Source: an uncultured Oscillospiraceae bacterium (GTDB lineage Bacteria; Bacillota; Clostridia; Christensenellales; Aristaeellaceae). From it: a stretch of 64,000 bases of DNA. This document shows positions 38,548 through 46,398 of the stretch, one piece after another. The notes below the pieces were generated by a model. It ran no database searches. It saw only the letters and a list, made by a program, of their open reading frames with translations, and was not told the DNA's origin. Where the stretch lies: contig CAZDEF010000001.1 in the NCBI GenBank assembly GCA_964504385.1, positions 294 through 64,293 on the forward strand, read 5' to 3'. A program made the position numbers and the translations under genes. The stretch's first letter is position 1; every line of letters starts with the position of its first letter.

Positions 38548-38687
38548 GGTTCCTTCTCCTTGCTCACAGCAGGAAAGCCGGCGCTGCTGCCCGGCTTTCC
38601 CGCTGTTTTTTTCATAAAGGTCGGCTTTTGCCGGAAAAGAGGCCAGCTTGCTGGACTTTCCCAAACGGATACAGTATAATGCGAACG

Positions 38688-38717
38688 CTGCCATATGCAA
38701 AATGTTCAATTCATATG
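38688..38717. promoter_or_regulatory. Perfect 8-bp inverted repeat, candidate LysR operator
   Basis: GCCATATG (38688-38695), 14 nt, CATATGGC (38710-38717), in the divergent MATE/LysR intergenic region just downstream of a TATAAT. Confidence 0.35.
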
Positions 38718-38760
38718 GCTGATATATCAAATATATATTCCAGAAGCAGGAGACGCGGAC

Positions 38761-39639
38761 GTGTACATCAGTTATGACTATTACCGTATTTTCTACTATG
38801 TGGCCAAGTACGGCAACATCACGCAGGCAGCCCGAGCGCTGCTGAACAGTCAGCCGAACCTGACGCGCGCCATCAAGGCGCTGGAGGGCGAGCTGTCCTG
38901 TCCCCTGTTCATCCGCAACAACCGCGGCATGAAGCTCACGCCGGAGGGGGAGCGGCTGTTTGCGCATGTGCGCGTCGCCTTTGAAAGCATCGAGGCGGGC
39001 GAGGCGGAGATCATCGAAAGCCGTGCGCTGGAGCGCGGCTCCGTCTTTGTGGCCACCAGCGAGCTGGCGCTGCACTGCGTGCTCCTGCCCGTGCTGAAGG
39101 AATACCGCTCGCTGTATCCAGGCATCCGCCTCAAGATCAGCAATCACTCCACGCCTCAGGCCATCGACGCGCTCAAGAACGGCCTTGCGGATATTGCCGT
39201 GGTGACCACCCCCACGCTGCCCTGCGCCATGACGGAGGAGCACACCATCAAGACCTTCCGCGAGGTGGCCGTGTGCAGCCGGGCCTTTGACGGGCTGCTG
39301 GATCATCCCGTCAGCTTTGCGGAGCTTTTGCGCTACCCGACCATTTCGCTGGGCCCGAACACCAAATCCTACGAACTGTATTCCGACTTTTTCTCCCGCG
39401 AAGGGCTGCGCTACCATCCGGAAACAGAAGCCGCCACGGCCGATCAGATCCTGCCGATGGTCAAGGCAGATCTGGGCATCGGTTTCGTGCCGGAAGCCTT
39501 CCTGACAGGCATGGACGGCGTGGCCGTCATCCAGACTGAAAAGCTGCTCCCGCAGCGCGAGATCCGCATGGTGAAGCGCAAGGAGCAATCGCTCAGCATC
39601 GCCGCCAAGGAAATGGAACGCCTGCTGCTTGCCTTGTAG
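38761..39639 (+). CDS. LysR-family transcriptional regulator
   Basis: wHTH YYVAKYGNITQAARALLNSQPNLTRAIKALEGELSCPLFIR. GTG 38761 with AGGAG 8 nt upstream is preferred over ATG 38695, which lies inside the dyad. Confidence 0.85.
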   Translation: MYISYDYYRIFYYVAKYGNITQAARALLNSQPNLTRAIKALEGELSCPLFIRNNRGMKLTPEGERLFAHVRVAFESIEAGEAEIIESRALERGSVFVATSELALHCVLLPVLKEYRSLYPGIRLKISNHSTPQAIDALKNGLADIAVVTTPTLPCAMTEEHTIKTFREVAVCSRAFDGLLDHPVSFAELLRYPTISLGPNTKSYELYSDFFSREGLRYHPETEAATADQILPMVKADLGIGFVPEAFLTGMDGVAVIQTEKLLPQREIRMVKRKEQSLSIAAKEMERLLLAL

Positions 39640-39711
39640 CGTTTTCTGCTGTCGCCGTTCGTGCCGTTTAGGAAAGAAAAGCCTTGGGGAAATCTGGTTT
39701 TTGACAATCTG

Positions 39712-39746
39712 AAACCTGCTGCAAAAAGCGCAGCAGGTTTTGTTTT
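39712..39746 (+). terminator. Intrinsic terminator of the LysR gene
   Basis: aaacctgctgc, loop, gcagcaggttt, followed by tgtttt. Confidence 0.7.
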
Positions 39747-39757
39747 GGTGGCTCGAT

Positions 39758-40267
39758 CTATTGCAGATTGCGTGCCACATCCATCATCAATTGTGCGATA
39801 AACGCAGCCGGTTCCGGCGTTTTTTTCATTAACCAGCTGTAGATCATCGCCACCAGCACGGTTTGCAGATAGGGCGCTTTTTCCTTTGAAACGTGATCCA
39901 CCAATGTAACACGCACAAAATCGGCATAATCCGGCAGTGGGCAGCCAAGCACCACCAGCCGGAAAACCGCCGTTACGATCACACGGTTTTCTTGCGCGAA
40001 GCACAGCAGTTTCGTCAGTGCTTCTAAATCGCTGAAAACCGGCTGATACACACAGTCCAGATACTGCTGTGTCAGGTCGCACCACACTTGATTGAGCAGT
40101 GCATACTGATCGGCATAGTAGCGGTAGAAGGTAGAACGATTCACTGTGGCGCGCTGGCACAGCTGCTTGATGACAATGCGCTCAATCGGGGTGGTTTGAA
40201 GCATCTCTGTTAGCGCCGCCGCCATTCTGGCGCAGGCTTCGCCGGACTGTTTAGAAGTTTCCGTCAT
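39758..40267 (-). CDS. TetR/AcrR-family transcriptional regulator
   Basis: HTH IVIKQLCQRATVNRSTFYRYYADQYALL. Divergent from the flavoprotein gene. Confidence 0.8.
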   Translation of the reverse strand: MTETSKQSGEACARMAAALTEMLQTTPIERIVIKQLCQRATVNRSTFYRYYADQYALLNQVWCDLTQQYLDCVYQPVFSDLEALTKLLCFAQENRVIVTAVFRLVVLGCPLPDYADFVRVTLVDHVSKEKAPYLQTVLVAMIYSWLMKKTPEPAAFIAQLMMDVARNLQ

Positions 40268-40303
40268 GTCTCTCTCCGTGCAACAAATCGAAGAATCTGT
40301 TGG

Positions 40304-40331
40304 TTGACGCTCATTTCGCGTAAAGTATAAG
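40304..40331 (+). promoter_or_regulatory. Putative promoter of the flavin reductase gene
   Basis: TTGACG (40304-40309), a 16-nt spacer, then TATAAG (40326-40331). Confidence 0.4.
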
Positions 40332-40398
40332 ATAAAAACGTAATAAAGTCAACGGCCGATATGCGCCGTTGAGGAGAAAAGAAAGAGAGGTCTTGGTT

Positions 40399-42207
40399 AT
40401 GAACAAGAACATGTGCAAGCTCGTTGCGCTCATGCTCTGCCTGTGCATGGTGCTGTCCCTGACGGCTGCCGCTGCACAAACGGCGGATGGCGTCTATGAG
40501 GGAGCTGGCCAGGGACTGAACGGAGAGATCAAGGTGTCCGTTACCGTTACCGGCCGCGTCATCACGGCTGTGGAAGTGCTGTCGCACTCCGAAACCCCCG
40601 GCATCTCCGATCCTGCCATTGAGCAGATCCCCCAGGCCATCGTGGCGGCTAACTCTGCCGATGTAGACGCCGTGGCCAGCGCCACCTTTACATCCGAAGG
40701 CATCAAGTCTGCTGTCAAGGCTGCGCTTGCCGGTGAAAGCGCCGAGAAGACCACCGGTGATTTCGAGCTTGTCAATCAACCCGACGTGATCGTGGTGGGC
40801 GCCGGTATGTCCGGTATGATCGCCTCCATCCGCGCTGCGCAGCTGGGCGCTCATGTGCTGCTGTTGGAGCAGAGCGGCCTGATGGGCGGCAGCGCCAATT
40901 CCGCCGGTGGTTCCATCAGCGGTGCCGGTTATGAAGTGCAAAAGAAAGCCGGCATCGAAGACAGCGCCGATCTGTTCTACGGCGACTTTATGCGTTTGGG
41001 CGGCGAAGAAAACATCAACGTAGAAATCGCCCGCACTCATGCTGAAAAATCCGGCGCGGCCATCGACTGGTTGTACAATGACGTGGGCGTAAGCTTCGGC
41101 GACGAAACCGTGGATACCGGCGTATATGAGCCCATGTACCCCAACCGCGTCACCTATGCCGATGGTCTGGTCAACCCTCCGGGCGGCGTAGGCTTCGTGC
41201 GTCCGCTTGCTGCGAAGATCGACGAATATGTGCAGGCCGGTCTCATCCAGCTAGAACTGAACACGCTGGTGACCGACATCATCCTTGAAAAAAACGTAAT
41301 CACCGGCGTGATGATCGGCGTGCGCGAGATCAAAGCGCCCTCCACCATCATTGCCACCGGCGGCTATGGCCACAGTGAAGAATGGCTGAAGAAGTACAAC
41401 TACACCAACATCACCTCCAACGACCCCGTCACCGCCATCGGCTCTGGCTACAACTTTGCTTCCAAGGCTGGCGCTGCGTTTGACAACATGGATTACATGG
41501 CCTGCTACGGCGGCGCTGTGCCGGTAGACGATTTCGAGCACACCACTTCCTTCGGCATCACTGTGCACCGTGCGTTCGTTTATCCCGGACTGGTGTTTAC
41601 GGATGAGGACGGCAACCGCCTGACCGACGAAATGGCTTACAGTGCCCTGAACTATGACCAGACTTGGACAAACGCCAAGAATAATATCGTCTATATGTTC
41701 ATGGCTGAATCCATGATCGACGAAAATCAGGTCATCATGTCCGGCCCGCTCGGCTTCGAGTTTGAAGGAAACGGCTGGCCGAAGTTCTATGAGCTGGTAG
41801 AAGAAGGCGAATACATCATCAAGGCCGACACCATCGAAGAACTGGCTGAAAAGCTGGGCATGAAGGATCTAGCAGCAACGTTTGAAACCTACAACGCTGA
41901 CTGTGCCGCAGGGGTGGATTCCGCCTTCGGCCGCACCGCCAGCCTGATTCCCTTCACCGAGGGCCCGTTCTATGCCGTGCGCACGCTGCCCTACTGCCTG
42001 ATGACCTCCGGCGGCCCGCGCATCAACGCCAACGCGCAGATGCTGCGCGAGGATGGCAGCATCATCGAGGGCGCTTACCTGTGCGGTGAGATCATCGGTT
42101 CTGCTAATATCGGCGGCCATGCCACCATCGGCGGCATCGGCCACGGCATGAATGCCACTTGGGGCCTCATTGCCGCGGAAAACGCCGTTGCAAACGCCAA
42201 CAAGTAA
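40399..42207 (+). CDS. Secreted FMN-bind domain + FAD-dependent (fumarate reductase/urocanate reductase-like) flavoprotein reductase
   Basis: Signal peptide. FMN_bind motif DAVASATFTS (candidate flavinylated Thr at 40684-40686). FAD GxGxxG VIVVGAGMSGMIAS. C-terminal GEIIGSANIGGHATIGG. Confidence 0.85.
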   Translation: MNKNMCKLVALMLCLCMVLSLTAAAAQTADGVYEGAGQGLNGEIKVSVTVTGRVITAVEVLSHSETPGISDPAIEQIPQAIVAANSADVDAVASATFTSEGIKSAVKAALAGESAEKTTGDFELVNQPDVIVVGAGMSGMIASIRAAQLGAHVLLLEQSGLMGGSANSAGGSISGAGYEVQKKAGIEDSADLFYGDFMRLGGEENINVEIARTHAEKSGAAIDWLYNDVGVSFGDETVDTGVYEPMYPNRVTYADGLVNPPGGVGFVRPLAAKIDEYVQAGLIQLELNTLVTDIILEKNVITGVMIGVREIKAPSTIIATGGYGHSEEWLKKYNYTNITSNDPVTAIGSGYNFASKAGAAFDNMDYMACYGGAVPVDDFEHTTSFGITVHRAFVYPGLVFTDEDGNRLTDEMAYSALNYDQTWTNAKNNIVYMFMAESMIDENQVIMSGPLGFEFEGNGWPKFYELVEEGEYIIKADTIEELAEKLGMKDLAATFETYNADCAAGVDSAFGRTASLIPFTEGPFYAVRTLPYCLMTSGGPRINANAQMLREDGSIIEGAYLCGEIIGSANIGGHATIGGIGHGMNATWGLIAAENAVANANK

Positions 42208-42220
42208 ACCTCAAAAGCAA

Positions 42221-42262
42221 GAAAGCCTGCTGCAGCCATATCGCTGCAACAGGCTTTCTTTC
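42221..42262 (+). terminator. Terminator of the flavoprotein gene
   Basis: gaaagcctgctgcagc pairs with gctgcaacaggctttc (one mismatch), followed by tttcat. Confidence 0.55.
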
Positions 42263-42303
42263 ATAAAAAAAGCACTTGCGCTCATCCAGACGCACAGGAA
42301 ACA

Positions 42304-42333
42304 ACAAAAAAATCCGAAGCGGATGGCTTCGGA
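42304..42333 (-). terminator. Intrinsic terminator after the tRNA-Lys pair
   Basis: Minus strand reads tccgaagc, loop catcc, gcttcgga, followed by ttttttt. Confidence 0.7.
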
Positions 42334-42336
42334 CTG

Positions 42337-42412
42337 TGGTACACCATCAGGGACTCGAACCCTGGACACCCTGATTAAGAGTCAGGTGCTCTACCAACTG
42401 AGCTAATGGTGC
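42337..42412 (-). tRNA. tRNA-Lys (CTT), copy 1
   Basis: Reverse complement GCACCATTAGCTCAGTTGGTAGAGCACCTGACTCTTAATCAGGGTGTCCAGGGTTCGAGTCCCTGATGGTGTACCA folds as a cloverleaf. Anticodon loop CTCTTAA. Confidence 0.92.
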
Positions 42413-42419
42413 ATAGAAA

Positions 42420-42495
42420 TGGTACACCATCAGGGACTCGAACCCTGGACACCCTGATTAAGAGTCAGGTGCTCTACCAACTGAGCTAATGGTGC
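42420..42495 (-). tRNA. tRNA-Lys (CTT), copy 2 (identical)
   Basis: 76 of 76 nt identical to copy 1, separated by a 7-nt spacer. Confidence 0.92.
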
Positions 42496-42525
42496 ACGCG
42501 GTTTTTCAACCAGCGAAAGTTATTA

Positions 42526-42553
42526 TACTCCATTCGTGCTGATTGTCAACCCC
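42526..42553 (-). promoter_or_regulatory. Promoter of the tRNA-Lys pair
   Basis: Minus strand reads TTGACA (42553-42548), a 16-nt spacer, then TATAAT (42531-42526), with an A/T-rich upstream tract. Confidence 0.6.
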
Positions 42554-42610
42554 TATTTGCGAAAAAAAATGAAATTTCGCTTTTCATTGTTTTCGCTTTG
42601 TGCCGCTTCG

Positions 42611-43510
42611 TCATTCCGGTTCGGGAAAAAGGCGTGTGCTTTCCTCGTCCATGAAGGCGGGCGTATAGGCGCTGTCGGCGGATCCCTTCTGCTGCAGAAA
42701 GCCGTCCAAGCCCAGATCAAACATGTGATCGCGCACACGGGCGTATTCGCGGGACGTCAGCCGGCGGTCCAGCCCGGCAATGTCCACGCCGTTCATGGGG
42801 GTGTACTGGCGCATCAGGCTTACCGGCGTGCCGGCCGGCAGTTCGGCCGCGATGGTATCCAGAATGCGGATGCTCTCCGCCGTACGCAGCGGCAGGATGA
42901 GATGACGCACCAGCGTGCCCTTCTGCAGGATCCCCTCCGCATCATACTGCGGCGCGCCGGTCACATCGCACATAGTGCGGATGGCCCGGAGCGTCACGTC
43001 GAAATAATCCGGCGCGGCAGCCAGCTGCGCCGCCGTTTTTTCGCTGGCGTACTTGAAATCCGGCAGGAAAATATCCACCAGTCCGCGCGCCGCTTCGATC
43101 ATTTCCACGCTTTCGTAGCCGCTGGAGTTCCACACCACAGGAATGTGCATCCGGTGCATGCGCAGCGCTTCGAAAATGACCGGTGCAAAGTGCGTGGGCG
43201 TAACCAGATTGAGATTGTGCACGCCCAGTCCTTCCACGCGCTCAAACAGCCCGCACAGCTCCCGGGCGTTCATTCCCCGCCCCAGCGCATGGTGGCTGAT
43301 GGGCTCGTTCTGGCAAAACACGCAGCCCAGTGTGCAGCCGCTGAAAAACACCGTGCCGCTGCCGCGTGTGCCACTCAGGCAGGGTTCTTCCCACATGTGC
43401 CGCGCCGCGCGCGCCACCACCGCCAGCGTGCCCATGCGGCAGTAGCCATCGCCGCTGTGCTCCGTGCGCTCGGCGTTGCACCGTCTGGGGCAGAGATTGC
43501 ACCGTGCCAT
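42611..43510 (-). CDS. Radical SAM protein, PflX-like (pyruvate formate-lyase activase-related)
   Basis: CX3CX2C (GCTLGCVFCQN) plus an N-terminal Cys cluster (CNLCPRRCN...GYC). Start is ATG 43510 or 43537. Confidence 0.78.
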   Translation of the reverse strand: MARCNLCPRRCNAERTEHSGDGYCRMGTLAVVARAARHMWEEPCLSGTRGSGTVFFSGCTLGCVFCQNEPISHHALGRGMNARELCGLFERVEGLGVHNLNLVTPTHFAPVIFEALRMHRMHIPVVWNSSGYESVEMIEAARGLVDIFLPDFKYASEKTAAQLAAAPDYFDVTLRAIRTMCDVTGAPQYDAEGILQKGTLVRHLILPLRTAESIRILDTIAAELPAGTPVSLMRQYTPMNGVDIAGLDRRLTSREYARVRDHMFDLGLDGFLQQKGSADSAYTPAFMDEESTRLFPEPE

Positions 43511-43619
43511 ACCATCGTCTCCGTTTCCGTGTTTCAAGCTGTTTTCAGCATACCATACCCCGGTTGCGGTGTAAAGTGTTCTCCCCCCCGCAAGTTTTGC
43601 ACTTCGGGCCGCAAAATGC

Positions 43620-43648
43620 TTGTATTTCCTAAAACGTTGTGGTATACT
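43620..43648 (+). promoter_or_regulatory. Promoter of the rimP-nusA-infB operon
   Basis: TTGTAT (43620-43625), a 17-nt spacer, then TGgTATACT extended -10 (43643-43648). Confidence 0.5.
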
Positions 43649-43891
43649 GTTTTATGCTTGCTTGGGCAAGCGGTTTCATTGTCACATTTCGACCCGATGA
43701 GAAAGAAGGGTTTTCCGTAAAGAGTGGGTATCGCCTGTCCTTTGTGCCGTACAGCGCCGGTGGCTTCAGCCGGAGCTGGCCTTTGCAGTTCAGTGCGGGG
43801 CAGTTCGGCGTGAAGGTGACAGGCGGTCTTGTCCGCTCTTTTTGATTGCTTTTTTCCCATTGGCATTTTTTGAAAGACGAGTGGGGGACGT

Positions 43892-44410
43892 ATGGCCAAG
43901 AACCAGGGCGCGCGCGGCGCTAAACCAAATACCGTGCACACGGTGGAGACCTACGCACAGGCTGTGGCGGACGAACTGCAGCTGGAGTTGGTGGAGGTCA
44001 CGCTGCAAAAGGAAAGCCGCGGCAAGTGCTTGTGCGTATATGTGGACAAGGAAGGCGGCCTGACGCTGGATGACTGTGAGCGCTACCACAAGCGGCTGCA
44101 GCCCATGCTGGAAGCGGTGGATTACGACATCATGGAGGTATCCAGCCCCGGCGTGGATCGTCCCATCAAGAATCAGCGCGATTTTGAAAAGAACCGCGGC
44201 GCTGAGGTGGAAGTGAAGCTGTTCGCCCCCCTCAACGGCGCCAAGCTCTACACCGGCGCGCTGACCGATCTGACCGACCAGAGCGTTACCATCACGGATG
44301 TGCAGGGCGAAGCGCTCACCTTCGAACGCAAGGCCGTGGCGCTCATCAAGCCCGTGGTGGATCTGGAAGCCGATGATTTTGCCGATATCGAATTGGAAGA
44401 AGAAGAATAA
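43892..44410 (+). CDS. rimP: Ribosome maturation factor RimP
   Basis: LELVEVTLQKESRGKCLCVYVDKEGGLTLDDCE...MEVSSPGVDRPIK. Located upstream of nusA. Confidence 0.9.
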   Translation: MAKNQGARGAKPNTVHTVETYAQAVADELQLELVEVTLQKESRGKCLCVYVDKEGGLTLDDCERYHKRLQPMLEAVDYDIMEVSSPGVDRPIKNQRDFEKNRGAEVEVKLFAPLNGAKLYTGALTDLTDQSVTITDVQGEALTFERKAVALIKPVVDLEADDFADIELEEEE

Positions 44411-44427
44411 GAAAGCAGGTAACGAAG

Positions 44428-45681
44428 ATGAGAACCACCAAGAAGTCCCAGCAGTCCCCCGGTCAGGCCGAGATCATCCTGGCTGTGAAGGCGCTGGCCC
44501 GTGAAAAAGACATCAGCGAGGAAATGCTGTTCGGCGCGATCGAAGAAGCGCTGAAGGCTGCCTATAAAAAGAACGTCGCCCGCGACGAGAACCCGCCCAC
44601 CAACCTGAGCGTCACGCTGGACCGCAACACGGGCGTTACCCATGTGTTCGCCAGCAAGACCATCGTGGACGAGGTGGAGGACCGCGCCAACCAGATCACG
44701 CTGGAGGAAGCGCGCAGCATCCGCAGCAATTACCGCATGGGCGATATCGCCGAGATCGACGTGACCCCCAGCGGCTTCCTGCGCACCGCCGCTCAGACCG
44801 CCAAGCAGGTCATCATGCAGCGCATCCGCGAGGCCGAGCAGGGTAAGATCTACGATGAGTATTCCGAGAAGGAAAACGAGATCCTCACCGCCATCGTGCA
44901 GCGCGTGGAGCCCAAGGGCGTATATGTGGAGCTGGGCCGCACCGAGGGCATCCTGGAGCCCAGTGATTTCATGCCCGGCGAAGAATACCACATCGACGAC
45001 CATATCAAGGTCTATGTGCTGGAGGTCAACCGCACCGGCCGCGAAATGCTGCGCGGCCCGCAGGTGCGCGTCAGCCGCATCCACCCCGGTCTGGTCAAGC
45101 GCCTGTTTGAAATGGAAGTGCCCGAGATCGCCGCTGGTATTGTGCAGGTGAAGTCCATCGCCCGCGAAGCCGGCAGCCGCACCAAGATGGCCGTGCACTC
45201 CACCGAGGTGACCATCGACCCCGTCGGCGCGTGCGTGGGCCCGCGCGGCAACCGCGTGGAGCGCGTGGTGGCGGAGCTGAAAAACGAAAAGATCGATATC
45301 ATCAAGTGGTCGTCCGACCCGGCAGAGTTCATCGCCAACGCCCTCAACCCTGCTCATGTGCTGAGCGTGTTCGTGGCGGAAAAGGAGAAGGCCTGTCGCG
45401 TGGTGGTGCCCGACAACCAGCTCAGCCTCGCCATCGGCAAGGAAGGCCAGAACGCCCGCCTCGCCGCCAAGCTGACCGGCTGGCGCATTGATATCAAGAG
45501 CCAGAGCCAGGCCGCCGAAATGTTCGACATACCGGTGGAGGACGTTCTGCCCGAGGAGCCCATGGGCTTCCAAGCCTACTACAACGAGCCCGCCACGCTG
45601 GAGGAAATGCAGGAATCCGGTCTTCCGGAGCTGCGCGATCTGCCGCTGAGCGAGGATGCCGACGAGGACGACACGCTGTAA
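44428..45681 (+). CDS. nusA: Transcription termination/antitermination factor NusA
   Basis: S1 and KH domains ([34 protein letters not shown]). Confidence 0.95.
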   Translation: MRTTKKSQQSPGQAEIILAVKALAREKDISEEMLFGAIEEALKAAYKKNVARDENPPTNLSVTLDRNTGVTHVFASKTIVDEVEDRANQITLEEARSIRSNYRMGDIAEIDVTPSGFLRTAAQTAKQVIMQRIREAEQGKIYDEYSEKENEILTAIVQRVEPKGVYVELGRTEGILEPSDFMPGEEYHIDDHIKVYVLEVNRTGREMLRGPQVRVSRIHPGLVKRLFEMEVPEIAAGIVQVKSIAREAGSRTKMAVHSTEVTIDPVGACVGPRGNRVERVVAELKNEKIDIIKWSSDPAEFIANALNPAHVLSVFVAEKEKACRVVVPDNQLSLAIGKEGQNARLAAKLTGWRIDIKSQSQAAEMFDIPVEDVLPEEPMGFQAYYNEPATLEEMQESGLPELRDLPLSEDADEDDTL

Positions 45682-45720
45682 GTGCGCGTCCCGACGCCGC
45701 ACAGAAAAGGAGCGAGAAAC

Positions 45721-46017
45721 GTGCCGGTCAAGCCCAGAAAGATTCCCATGCGCATGTGTGTGGGCTGCCGCGAGATGAAGCCCAAAAAGGAGCTTTTGCG
45801 CGCGGTGCGCTCCCCGGACGGTCAGGTGAGCCTGGACACCACAGGCAAGAAACCGGGCCGCGGCGCATATTGTTGCTATAACGCCGAATGTCTGCGCAGG
45901 GCCCTCAAGCAGGGCCAGCTGGACCGTCAGCTGGAAGTGAAGCTTTCCGAAGAAGTGAACGCCCAGCTGACCCAGACCATGCAGCAGCTGCTGGCCATGC
46001 AGGAGAAGCAGGCATGA
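45721..46017 (+). CDS. ylxR: YlxR/DUF448 family RNA-binding protein (RnpM-like)
   Basis: RMCVGCREMKPKKELLR...GRGAYC motif. GTG 45721 follows AAAGGAG. Confidence 0.85.
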   Translation: MPVKPRKIPMRMCVGCREMKPKKELLRAVRSPDGQVSLDTTGKKPGRGAYCCYNAECLRRALKQGQLDRQLEVKLSEEVNAQLTQTMQQLLAMQEKQA

Positions 46018-46337
46018 CACAGCAAGTGGAAAACCGTGTGACCGGCTTTTTGGGTCTGTGCATGCGGGCAGGCCGCATCGTCAGCGGACAGGAGGCCTGC
46101 GTGGATCTCATCCGCCGCGGGGAAGCGGCGCTGGTGCTGATGGATGCCGATGCATCCGACAACACCCAGAAGCGCATCACGGATGCGTGCCACAGCCATC
46201 AAACGCCGCTGTGGATGCTGAGCAAGGGAGCATTGGGGGCCGCCATCGGAAAGCGCGGCCGCATGGTGATTGCGCTCAGGGACGACGGCATGGCGCAGAA
46301 TCTTCTCAACCTGCTGGGGCAGGAAGAACAGCTGTAA
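46014..46337 (+). CDS. ylxQ: L7Ae/L30e-family RNA-binding protein (YlxQ-like)
   Basis: LGLCMRAGRIVSGQEACVDLIRRGEAALVLMDADAS. ATG overlaps the ylxR stop (ATGA). Confidence 0.85.
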   Translation: MTQQVENRVTGFLGLCMRAGRIVSGQEACVDLIRRGEAALVLMDADASDNTQKRITDACHSHQTPLWMLSKGALGAAIGKRGRMVIALRDDGMAQNLLNLLGQEEQL

Positions 46338-46398
46338 CGCCGTTACAGCCTAAATATCAGATTACATTGCGAAATAATGCGGGGGTGCAAGCGGTACA

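Noticed and set aside
38548-39780. Upstream 410 codons of the 859-aa ORF 37201-39780.
   Set aside because: The MATE signature begins at ATG 38547, which has a good SD. The extension is antisense to the LysR gene at 38761-39639.
43639-43845. 68-aa ORF in the rimP leader.
   Set aside because: It has no SD and its composition is not protein-like. The region is better explained as a transcribed leader of the rimP-nusA-infB operon.
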